A stretch of 59,325 nucleotides of DNA, from positions 1-59,325 of the forward strand of contig JAMXCX010000003.1 of the NCBI GenBank assembly GCA_024542985.1, read 5' to 3'. The position numbers were made by a program, and so were the translations under genes. Below, piece by piece: positions 18,788-26,912 of the stretch. This stretch comes from Candidatus Omnitrophota bacterium. Its GTDB lineage: Bacteria > Omnitrophota > Gorgyraeia > Duberdicusellales > 4484-171. The notes beneath the pieces were generated by a model that did no database searches, was not told the origin of the DNA, and was given only the letters and a program-made list of their open reading frames with translations. Within the stretch, counting starts at the first letter, position 1, and each line of letters starts with the position of its first letter.

Positions 18788-19411
18788 ATGGATATAGGAA
18801 AATTTAGACAACTTCCCCTTATAGGTATATTGCGGGGCATAGAAAAAGATGTGGTTAAGCCTCTCATCGGAGCTGTTATATCAGCAGGATTACAGACAAT
18901 TGAAATCACCATGAATACTCCGGCCGCACCAAAGCTTATCCAAGATGCTATAAAATCGGCTCAAGGAAAACTCACAATAGGGGCGGGAACTGTTTTAACC
19001 AGGGATGATTTAGGGAAGGCCTTGGATTCCGGTGCCACTTTTATTGTTTTACCTACTTTAGTTACTGAGGTAGTAGAGTATTGTGTAAAAAAATCCATTC
19101 CGGTATTCGCCGGCGCATTAACGCCTCAGGAGATATATAAGGCCTGGTCTATGGGTGCTACCATGGTAAAGGTGTTTCCGGCCAAATTTTTTGGTCCGGA
19201 ATACTTTAAAGAAATAAAGGGGCCTTTTGGACAGATAGAACTTCTTGCCTGCGGAGGTATAACTGCAGATAATATTCAAGATTTTTTTTCCTGCGGAGCA
19301 TCTGCGGTTGCTTTTGGCGGGAGTATTTTTAGAAAAGAATGGCTGGCTTTGAGAGAATTCTCTCGTATTGAAGAAGACATAAAAGCCCTTATCGCTGGCT
19401 TTAGAGGTTAA
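18788..19411 (+). CDS. eda: KDPG/KHG aldolase
   Basis: GILRG, IEITM, IGAGTVL, GALTPQEI, VKVFPA and GGI motifs. Confidence 0.92.
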   Translation: MDIGKFRQLPLIGILRGIEKDVVKPLIGAVISAGLQTIEITMNTPAAPKLIQDAIKSAQGKLTIGAGTVLTRDDLGKALDSGATFIVLPTLVTEVVEYCVKKSIPVFAGALTPQEIYKAWSMGATMVKVFPAKFFGPEYFKEIKGPFGQIELLACGGITADNIQDFFSCGASAVAFGGSIFRKEWLALREFSRIEEDIKALIAGFRG

Positions 19412-19464
19412 GGTTTAGCCGCTGCCTTAGGCTGCTATCTTATTTTTGATTTTAATTATTTCCC

Positions 19465-21375
19465 ATGATTTACCTATACGACATTTCCAAAAGTTATGGC
19501 CGAAAAGACCTTTTCAAAAACCTTTCTTTAAGTATTAACAGAGGTGAGAAAATTGGATTAGTTGGCCCTAATGGTGCGGGAAAATCTACACTTTTTTTTC
19601 TTATCTTAGGACAAATTGAGGCTTGCGCAGGGAATATACAAATTAACAGAGGAGTCCGGATTGGATACCTTCCTCAAGAGGCTAGATTTGATTCCCAAAG
19701 CACAGTCTTGTCAGAGGTGCTTGGAGGTGATGAGAGCATTAGGAAACTTGAACAAGAGAAAGAATCATTGGAGCTAAACCACAAGGCAGGCTCAAGGCGC
19801 TATGGAGAAGTTTTGCATGATTTAGAGTTTCTAGGGTATTTCGACTTAGAGCATAGAACAAAAAAGATTCTCACCGGTTTAGGTTTTAAGCCTAAAGATT
19901 TCAATCGCCCCGTATGCCAGATGAGCGGCGGTTGGCAAATGCGGACTTTATTGGCGAAATTGCTGGTTTATCATTATGATATTTTGCTTCTTGATGAGCC
20001 CATGAACCATCTTGATTTAGTAGCTACTCTTTGGTTTAAGGATTATTTAGCCAATTTTAAAGAGTCATTTATTATGATTTCTCATGATAAAGACTTTTTA
20101 AACGATGTCACAAATTATACCTTGGTGTTAGAACAGGGTATTTTAACTAAGGTTAGAGGCAACTACGATGATTACCAGAAAATAATGGATGAGAAACGCT
20201 CATTTTTACAAAAGCAGTTTAATGAACAGCAGAAGAAGCGCGAGCAATTAAAGACATTTATTAGCCGTTTTCATGGTCAGCCTAATAAGGCTGCTCAGGT
20301 CCGGGCTAAAAAAAGAATGTTAGATAGGATGGCTGAAATTATAGTTCCTCCTGACAGGCGTGAAAGTATAAGGCGTTTTAGTTTTCCTCAAGCCAAGGCA
20401 AGCGGTTATCAAGTTATTGAGTTGAAAAATATTTCTAAGTTTTACGGAGATATTCAGGTGTATAAGGATTTCGATTTTGAAATAATCCGGGGGGAAAAGG
20501 GAGTATTCGTCGGAGAAAACGGAGCAGGCAAATCAACGTTGCTTAAAATTTTAGCCGGTGTTACTGATATTGATTCCGGCCAAAGATGCCGGGGTTATAA
20601 TACTGATATTGGCTATTTTTCGCAAACGCGCATGGATATTTTAAATCCCTACAATACGGTATTTGAAGAGGCCTATTCAGCTTCCGCGGGAAGAGTTCCC
20701 CCGGGAGATATAAGAACTATATTGGCAGTATTTTTATTTAGCGGTGATGATGTTGATAAAAAAGTTAGTATTCTTTCCGGAGGCGAAAAAAGCCGGCTCA
20801 TTTTAGCTAAGCTTTTAATCAATCCTCCGAATTTGCTCCTTTTAGACGAACCAACAACACATTTAGATGTGGACGCAGTTGATGCTTTGATTAAGGCTTT
20901 GACTGACTACACGGGAACTCTGGTATTTATCAGCCACGATATTCATTTTGTCAGGTCTGTAGCCAATGCTGTTTTTGAGGTTAAAGACGCAAGGGTAAAG
21001 AAGTTTCCCGGCAATTTCGATTATTATTGGCAAAAGACTAAGGAAACTCCGGCCCCAAAAGACGATTTTAAAAATCAGAATAAAAATAAATCTTTTGATA
21101 GTCAGAGGCCTAAGCCGAAAAAGATATCTGCCGGGGCCCGGGAAAGAGAACGCACAAAACACAACAGTGCAATTTCCAAGAAAATACGCGAGTTACGAAA
21201 AGAATTGGGAAAAATAGAACTTGAGCGCAATGTTAAAGCCCGGATTTTATCTAACCCTCGCAGTTATCATAATAAAAAAATGGTTATAGAATATGGCCGT
21301 ATTCTTAAGCAAATAGAACAGCGGATATCCGAGATTAACTTAAAGATAAAAAAGCTGAAAGATTCATTTATCTAA
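19465..21375 (+). CDS. ABC-F family ribosome-associated ATPase
   Basis: Two ABC cassettes (GPNGAGKST/SGGW/LLLDEP and GENGAGKST/LSGGE/LLLDEP), no TM segments, coiled-coil tail. Confidence 0.95.
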   Translation: MIYLYDISKSYGRKDLFKNLSLSINRGEKIGLVGPNGAGKSTLFFLILGQIEACAGNIQINRGVRIGYLPQEARFDSQSTVLSEVLGGDESIRKLEQEKESLELNHKAGSRRYGEVLHDLEFLGYFDLEHRTKKILTGLGFKPKDFNRPVCQMSGGWQMRTLLAKLLVYHYDILLLDEPMNHLDLVATLWFKDYLANFKESFIMISHDKDFLNDVTNYTLVLEQGILTKVRGNYDDYQKIMDEKRSFLQKQFNEQQKKREQLKTFISRFHGQPNKAAQVRAKKRMLDRMAEIIVPPDRRESIRRFSFPQAKASGYQVIELKNISKFYGDIQVYKDFDFEIIRGEKGVFVGENGAGKSTLLKILAGVTDIDSGQRCRGYNTDIGYFSQTRMDILNPYNTVFEEAYSASAGRVPPGDIRTILAVFLFSGDDVDKKVSILSGGEKSRLILAKLLINPPNLLLLDEPTTHLDVDAVDALIKALTDYTGTLVFISHDIHFVRSVANAVFEVKDARVKKFPGNFDYYWQKTKETPAPKDDFKNQNKNKSFDSQRPKPKKISAGARERERTKHNSAISKKIRELRKELGKIELERNVKARILSNPRSYHNKKMVIEYGRILKQIEQRISEINLKIKKLKDSFI

Positions 21376-21500
21376 ACGATTAGCAAAAAGTTAAACTACA
21401 AAGTAAAACAAGGCAAGGGGCAGGCTATTTTTCTTGTTTATTGATTATTAATTAGTATAATTATTTTATATAGTATTATCTGTATTATCTAATTTTGAAG

Positions 21501-21626
21501 AAAATGGAGCCCCACCCGGGCTGAAGTCCGGAGTTCCCTTAGGTGCGGAATCCCTGCCTACCGGCAGGCAGGCGACCCGCCTCCATCCTCGGTCTAAAGA
21601 GCGAGGTTTTGTGGCGTCGGGATAAA
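21501..21626. repeat. GC-rich composite palindromic element (REP/MITE-like) containing CCTGCCTACCGGCAGGCAGG
   Basis: Hairpins at about 21515-21533, 21553-21572 and 21587-21606 in AT-rich flanks; its termini recur at 31706-31756. Confidence 0.7.
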
Positions 21627-21631
21627 ATAAT

Positions 21632-22018
21632 ATGAAAAAAAAGAGAATAATGCTTGTGGATGACGAAAAAGATTTCGTTGATATGCTTAAGAAAAACTTA
21701 GAGCGAAAGAATGAATTTGAGGTGTTAGTTTGCAGCACAACCAAGGGTTTCCTAGAACAGGTTAATATGTATAAACCGGATTTGATATTGCTTGATCTTC
21801 TTATGTCGCCAATCGGGGGTTTAGAGATTTGCGAAATGTTAAATGAAAACCCTGAAGCTAGAAAAATTCCCATTATTATTGTATCGGGCCTAGAAAAAGA
21901 AGTTGATAAGTTAAAGGCTTACAAGCTGGGAGTTTTGGACTACCTGGTAAAGCCAATAGAGTTGGATAATTTAGTTTTTAAGATAAAAAAAGCTTTAGAG
22001 TATAAAAATATTTTTTAA
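21632..22018 (+). CDS. Single-domain response regulator (CheY-like)
   Basis: MLVDDE, LILLDLLM and YLVKP motifs. Confidence 0.92.
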   Translation: MKKKRIMLVDDEKDFVDMLKKNLERKNEFEVLVCSTTKGFLEQVNMYKPDLILLDLLMSPIGGLEICEMLNENPEARKIPIIIVSGLEKEVDKLKAYKLGVLDYLVKPIELDNLVFKIKKALEYKNIF

Positions 22019-22052
22019 GAAGAAGCCATAAATAACCGGTAAGAGATATTGC

Positions 22053-22559
22053 ATGAAAAAGAAATTGGTATTTAAAGGAAAATTACTCAAGCTTTTTACC
22101 CAGAGGAAAAAGCTCCCTAACGGCTATTTAGCGAATCTAGAGATTATTGAGCATCCGGGAGCAGTGCTTATTATACCGTTTCTTTCTAAAGAAAAAGTAA
22201 TTCTGCTTAAACAATTCAGGCCGGTAATAAATTCCTATATCTATGAACTTCCCGCAGGGACGCTTGATGATGGCGAACTGCCTCTTAGCTGTGCCAGGAG
22301 GGAAATAATAGAAGAAATAGGCTACTCGGCTAAAATCATGAAAAGGCTGGGTGTAATTTTTCCGGTTCCCGGCTATTCCACAGAAAAAATTACTGTTTAT
22401 AAAGCTCAAAAGTTAAAAAAAGAAAAAATAGATTCTCAAAAAGATGAAGTAATCAGCTCTTTTGTGGTCACGCGCAGAAATGTAAAGGAGCTTTTTAAGA
22501 AAGGAAGATTAGTTGATTCGAAAACGATATCGGCTTTCTGCATGTGCGGGTGGCTGTAG
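22053..22559 (+). CDS. NUDIX hydrolase, ADP-ribose pyrophosphatase-like
   Basis: HPGAV, QFRP and the Nudix box ELPAG...ARREIIEEIGY. Confidence 0.9.
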   Translation: MKKKLVFKGKLLKLFTQRKKLPNGYLANLEIIEHPGAVLIIPFLSKEKVILLKQFRPVINSYIYELPAGTLDDGELPLSCARREIIEEIGYSAKIMKRLGVIFPVPGYSTEKITVYKAQKLKKEKIDSQKDEVISSFVVTRRNVKELFKKGRLVDSKTISAFCMCGWL

Positions 22560-22580
22560 CTATATTGGACAAAATAAAAT

Positions 22581-22997
22581 ATGTTAAAAAATACAAAAAA
22601 GTTTTTGACTAAGATAAATTCTCACAAAAAACTTTTGATATTTATCTTAAGCATAGGCGGTATATTTTTAGGCCATAATTTATTTTGGTTTTTTCATGAT
22701 AATTATGCAAATGTGGGCCTGGCGTCTTATTACGGCAAAGCATTCCACGGCGGGAAAACTGCAAGTGGTCAAATTTATAATATGAATAAATTGACAGCAG
22801 CTCATCGCCGGTTGCCTTTTGGAACAAAACTAAAAGTAATCAATCTCAAGAATAACCGGGAAGTTATAGTAAGAATAAATGATAGGGGCCCCTACAAAAC
22901 AGGAAGGATTATAGATTTATCAAAAGCAGCAGCCCGCAAGCTAGGTATGTTAAAAAACGGTATAGTCAAGGTGAAGATAAAAAAACTAGACAAATAA
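22581..22997 (+). CDS. rlpA: RlpA-family lytic transglycosylase (DPBB domain)
   Basis: GLASYYG, TASG, TAAHRRLPFGT, INDRGP and IIDLS motifs. Confidence 0.92.
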   Translation: MLKNTKKFLTKINSHKKLLIFILSIGGIFLGHNLFWFFHDNYANVGLASYYGKAFHGGKTASGQIYNMNKLTAAHRRLPFGTKLKVINLKNNREVIVRINDRGPYKTGRIIDLSKAAARKLGMLKNGIVKVKIKKLDK

Positions 22998-23068
22998 AAC
23001 GCTAATTTTAATCTGCTTGATATCTAACCGATGCAAAACAGTTAAGAGTGTAAAAAGCATTTTAGTTT

Positions 23069-23608
23069 ATGCAAAAAAATATTCACGGGATAATAGTTGA
23101 GTGTTTAGGAGGTAATATAGCCGCCCAAAGCGATGCTGATGCAGTAGTAAATGCCGCCAATGCCCAGCTGCGCATTGGGGGAGGTGTCGCCGGAGCAATA
23201 CATAGAGCTGCGGGTCCGGGCCTTGAGATTGAATGCCGTCCGCTTGCGCCGATTAAACCCGGAGAGGCAGTTATAACCAGCGGACAGGGTTTGCCAAACG
23301 CCTATTGCATACATTGCCTGGGGCCGATTTATGGCCGGGATAAGCCCGAAACTACACTATTGTCAAGCTGTTACCGCAAGGCCTTAGCTTTAGCAGAAAA
23401 ACATAAAATTAAAATTATTGCTTTTCCGGCGATTTCAGCCGGTGCCTTTGGCTATCCTCTAGAGGAGGCGGCAAAAGTTGCCTTGAAAACAGTCATTGAG
23501 GAAGCTTCCCAATTGCAACAGGTAAAAAAAATTCGCTTTGTCCTGTATGGTCTGAAAAGTCTAGAAATACATCAAAAGATTTTATCCGATCTGACTTCGA
23601 ATAGCTAA
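23069..23608 (+). CDS. Macro domain protein (O-acetyl-ADP-ribose deacetylase / YmdB-like)
   Basis: AVVNAAN, GGGVAGAIH and AFPAISAGAFGYP motifs. Confidence 0.93.
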   Translation: MQKNIHGIIVECLGGNIAAQSDADAVVNAANAQLRIGGGVAGAIHRAAGPGLEIECRPLAPIKPGEAVITSGQGLPNAYCIHCLGPIYGRDKPETTLLSSCYRKALALAEKHKIKIIAFPAISAGAFGYPLEEAAKVALKTVIEEASQLQQVKKIRFVLYGLKSLEIHQKILSDLTSNS

Positions 23609-23634
23609 AATACCACAATTCCTTTTTTTAGTAA

Positions 23635-23746
23635 ACCCCGTTAGAGAACTTCGTCCTTTTACCCCGTTAGATAGTAAACATCTAACGGGGTCAGCTTCAA
23701 TCGGTAATGACCACCGATTAAAATCGGTGGCTTTCTCTAACGGGGT
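23635..23746. repeat. Nested inverted-repeat element (ACCCCGTTAGA...TCTAACGGGGT)
   Basis: Outer IR 23635-23648/23733-23746, inner IR 23661-23672/23680-23691, plus hairpin CCACCGATT-AA-AATCGGTGG at 23711-23730. Confidence 0.85.
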
Positions 23747-23794
23747 AAAAGCAGGCTTTAACCAGACCGTATTAGAGCCTAAATTCATTTCTAA

Positions 23795-24235
23795 TACATT
23801 TGACTAGTCATTTTGAAATAAAAGTTTCTAATGAAGACGATAAATAAAGGATATTTTCTATATATTTGACTAGTCATTTTGCAAGTATGAATAGCAGCAT
23901 TTAAGGGGGAGGAGCAAAGAAAGAAGATGAGCAAGGCTGTTTTTCTTGGCATTTCAACTCTAAGGAAGAGCAACCAAATTCCAAATATACATTTGACTAG
24001 TCATTTTGAAATATATTTTTGCCCAATGCTTTGTTTAGAGGAGCGAGGACATATATATTTGACTAGGCAAATTGAAATATATATATAGGGAGCATAGACT
24101 TATTTTTGTGTATTTATAAGGAGAGTAGTCTCTTATGAGATAGTGTATTACTAGCATTTGACTAGTCAAATGCTAGTATAATTTCAGAATTAGTATAGTT
24201 ACTGTCTATATATCTGACTAGTCATATAGCAAATA
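23795..24235. repeat. Cluster of six palindromic TGACTAGTCA sites in ~26-bp repeats
   Basis: Cores at 23801, 23867, 23994, 24060 (one mismatch), 24159 and 24215; perfect 30-bp palindrome at 24149-24178. Confidence 0.9.
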
Positions 24236-24421
24236 GATTAGTTTTCTGAGGCTCCTCAAAATAGGGCTTAAGGGTCGCATATCTCTTTTGGGGCTTTAGT
24301 GAAATTATTGGATTGACCTAAAAGGATAAATATCCGCACTCGACTTAAGGCGGACTTTTTGTTATAATAGTTTTAATTTTCTGTTGGGCATGTTTTAAAA
24401 CTTTGTATATTCAAAAGGTAA

Positions 24422-24603
24422 TGTCAAAATTTATATGAAAATTACAAATTCCAAGCATCAAAGAACAAATAATTACCAAATTCCAATTTATAAATACCCA
24501 AAACATTAGTATCTATTTTAATGTTTTGAATTTTGGTCATTGAATATTGGAATTTATTTGGGATTTGGAAATTGATATTTGGGATTTAAGTAAACTTTTG
24601 GCA
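24422..24603. mobile_element. Non-autonomous MITE-like element, copy 2 (182 bp)
   Basis: Matches 17555-17768 apart from the 32-bp duplication and a few substitutions; ends TGTCAAAATTTA / TAAACTTTTGGCA. Confidence 0.75.
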
Positions 24604-24657
24604 ATAGGATTCAAAAAATAAGTAGATTAGTCATGGACAATTAACATAGGAGGATTA

Positions 24658-25206
24658 ATGAGCCGGATAATGTTATTTATGGATGCTGAATATGTGGTTC
24701 AAAAGTTGAGGGAAATTCGCAAGGGGCGTAAGATAGTGCGTCGTAAAGATATCCAGTGGGCTAATATGATAAAGTGGATAGTAGGGAGGGAAAGGCTAAC
24801 CCGTTGTTATTATTATTCTTCAGAGTTGAACAAAGATGAAAATAGCCAGACTTATCAAGAGCAGCAAGAATACCTAAAGAGCCTTAAGCTGAGCATTCCC
24901 TATTTTGAAGTTAAGTTAGGCCGATTAGTGCGTGTCCATGATGGCTGGGTTCAAAAAGGAGTCGATGTGAAAATTTCCTTGGATATGTTTTCCAAAGCTG
25001 TTTTAAACCATTACGATATTGCCGCTCTTGTTTCCGGAGATTCTGATTTTGCCGAGGTTATAACCGAAGTAAAAGAAAGATACGGAAAGCATGTAGAGCT
25101 TTATACCTTTGACAGCACGATTCATGATGCCTTAAGGCTTGCTCCGGATAAGCACATAATAATTGATAGCCAAACTGCACGTAGAAATAATTTTTGGTCT
25201 GATTAA
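24658..25206 (+). CDS. NYN domain (LabA/DUF88, PIN-like) nuclease
   Basis: LFMD, QKGVDVKISLD, LVSGDSDF and GKHVEL motifs; AGGAGG RBS. Confidence 0.9.
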   Translation: MSRIMLFMDAEYVVQKLREIRKGRKIVRRKDIQWANMIKWIVGRERLTRCYYYSSELNKDENSQTYQEQQEYLKSLKLSIPYFEVKLGRLVRVHDGWVQKGVDVKISLDMFSKAVLNHYDIAALVSGDSDFAEVITEVKERYGKHVELYTFDSTIHDALRLAPDKHIIIDSQTARRNNFWSD

Positions 25207-25215
25207 GTTAAGGCC

Positions 25216-25854
25216 ATGCTTAAAGAAAAAGCCTTAAAGGTTGTAAGCCGGCTTAAAAAAGAATATCCAGCTACAAGAACCTTCCTCAATTTTAAAAATC
25301 CTCTCCAGTTATTAGTGGCGACTATTCTTTCTGCCCAGTGCACTGACCGACAGGTCAATTTAGTGACTTCTCAGCTTTTTAGGAAGTATCGAAGCCTTAA
25401 AGATTATGCGAGAGCAGATTTAAATAAATTAAGGCGAGAAGTCCATTCTACGGGCCTCTTCCGCAATAAAGCTAGAAACATTTTAATGGCTGCTAAGAAA
25501 ATATTGGATGATTTTAACGGAAAAGTTCCTGATTCTCTGGATAAATTAGTGCAGCTCCCGGGGGTGGCTAGAAAGACAGCCAACATTGTTCTTTATAATG
25601 CTTTTGGAAAAGTTGAAGGCATAGCAGTGGATACTCATGTCAGCCGCTTAAGCCAGAGACTTGAGCTTAGCGATAATCAGAACCGGGATAAGATAGAAAA
25701 AGATTTGATGTGTCTTTTACCTCAGAAAGAATGGGGCTGTCTAAATCATCTTTTAGTGCAGCATGGTAGAGAGATTTGCCGTTCGAGAAAGCCAAAATGC
25801 TTACAGTGTGTGCTTAAGAGTATTTGCCCCGGGAAGAAAGCATTTTTCTTTTAG
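25216..25854 (+). CDS. nth: Endonuclease III
   Basis: LSAQCTD, HhH LPGVARKTAN, AVDTHV and the Fe-S motif C-x6-C-x2-C-x5-C. Confidence 0.96.
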   Translation: MLKEKALKVVSRLKKEYPATRTFLNFKNPLQLLVATILSAQCTDRQVNLVTSQLFRKYRSLKDYARADLNKLRREVHSTGLFRNKARNILMAAKKILDDFNGKVPDSLDKLVQLPGVARKTANIVLYNAFGKVEGIAVDTHVSRLSQRLELSDNQNRDKIEKDLMCLLPQKEWGCLNHLLVQHGREICRSRKPKCLQCVLKSICPGKKAFFF

Positions 25855-26692
25855 AGTTAATTCTTTGTATATATTTAATTATATTTTTTGTTGTAGAGTC
25901 AGGAGTTGACGCCCCGGCAGTTATTCCTACGGTTTTTGTGCCGTTAAACCACTTAGGCTTTAAGCCTTTTTTTGACTGTATCCAGAAGGTAGAATTGTTT
26001 AATGATTTTGATATCTCATAGAGTCTTTTAGTATTGGCACTTGACTTTGAGCCAATGATAATCATGATATCGTTTTTAAGAGGCATTATTTTTATTTCTT
26101 TCTGTTTTATTTGAGTGGGGCGGCAAATTGTATTAAAAAAGGTTAACTTGAAGGTATATTTTTTTAAGGCCTTAACTATCCGGAGAGTTTTTTGAAGATT
26201 TTGGGTTGATTGAGCCACGACTGCCGCTTTTTTAATTTTTTTAAATTTTTTGAAAGAATTATTTTTGACCGGGTCGATAATTATTGGTTTGTTCTTTAGC
26301 TGTCCGCTTATACCTTGGACCTCGTCGTGTTTCTGGTCACCTATGATAATGATTGCATAGCCTTTGCGTTCGCATTCTCTGACTATTTTATGTATTTCGC
26401 AGACCATAGGGCAGGTGGCGTCGATTATTTCATAGCCGCAATTTTTAGCTTTATTGAATGTTGCAAGAGATGTCCCGTGAGCACGAATAAGGAGTGTCTT
26501 GTCCTTAGTCTTTTTTAAATGCTTAATTTTTTTTATACCTGTTTTTTCTATTTTTTTTACCACTTCTTCGTTATGCACAATATCACCAAGCATGCATATT
26601 TCTTTCTTGGTATTTGCTGCTTTGAGAGCCACATCGAGGGCTCTTTTGACCCCAAAGCAAAATCCTGCAGATTTAGCTAAATTAATTTGCAT
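25814..26692 (-). CDS. ispH: 4-hydroxy-3-methylbut-2-enyl diphosphate reductase
   Basis: GFCFGV, IVHN, RAHG, DATCP, NTIC, SSANT and TAGASTP motifs; 41-bp convergent overlap with nth. Confidence 0.96.
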   Translation of the reverse strand: MQINLAKSAGFCFGVKRALDVALKAANTKKEICMLGDIVHNEEVVKKIEKTGIKKIKHLKKTKDKTLLIRAHGTSLATFNKAKNCGYEIIDATCPMVCEIHKIVRECERKGYAIIIIGDQKHDEVQGISGQLKNKPIIIDPVKNNSFKKFKKIKKAAVVAQSTQNLQKTLRIVKALKKYTFKLTFFNTICRPTQIKQKEIKIMPLKNDIMIIIGSKSSANTKRLYEISKSLNNSTFWIQSKKGLKPKWFNGTKTVGITAGASTPDSTTKNIIKYIQRINSKRKMLSSRGKYS

Positions 26693-26912
26693 AAGTACTA
26701 TCGGCGGTTAATATTTTTAGAAAAACTTTTGCAAAAAACACCAGGGTTATTGTAGCAGATTTTTTATTTTTTCCAATAGGCATGTGTGCCAAGCCGAATT
26801 ATTGCTGTAGGTTAATAAAATAGCAAGGTTTTTAAAGGAATAGCCGAAGATAGAGCCTTATTTTCGATAGCTCAAGTTGACTTTTTCGGGATGTATAGTA
26901 TTATCGAATTAT

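Noticed and set aside
21466-21873. 135-aa minus-strand ORF
   Set aside because: It is the antisense of the response regulator plus the palindromic element.
23582-23973. ORFs 23582-23788 and 23791-23973 (MTSQ repeats)
   Set aside because: They run through DNA palindromes and have no RBS or family resemblance.
23795-24235. Canonical CRISPR array
   Set aside because: Spacing is irregular, the repeats diverge, the palindrome has no loop and no cas genes are in the window. Kept only as an alternative hypothesis.
23609-24657. Chromosomal oriC
   Set aside because: I saw no TTATCCACA-type DnaA box cluster, dnaA and dnaN are absent, and gene orientation does not switch across the region.
25814-25854. 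41-bp convergent nth/ispH overlap as antisense regulation
   Set aside because: Short 3' overlaps are common and are explained by a stop-codon shift.
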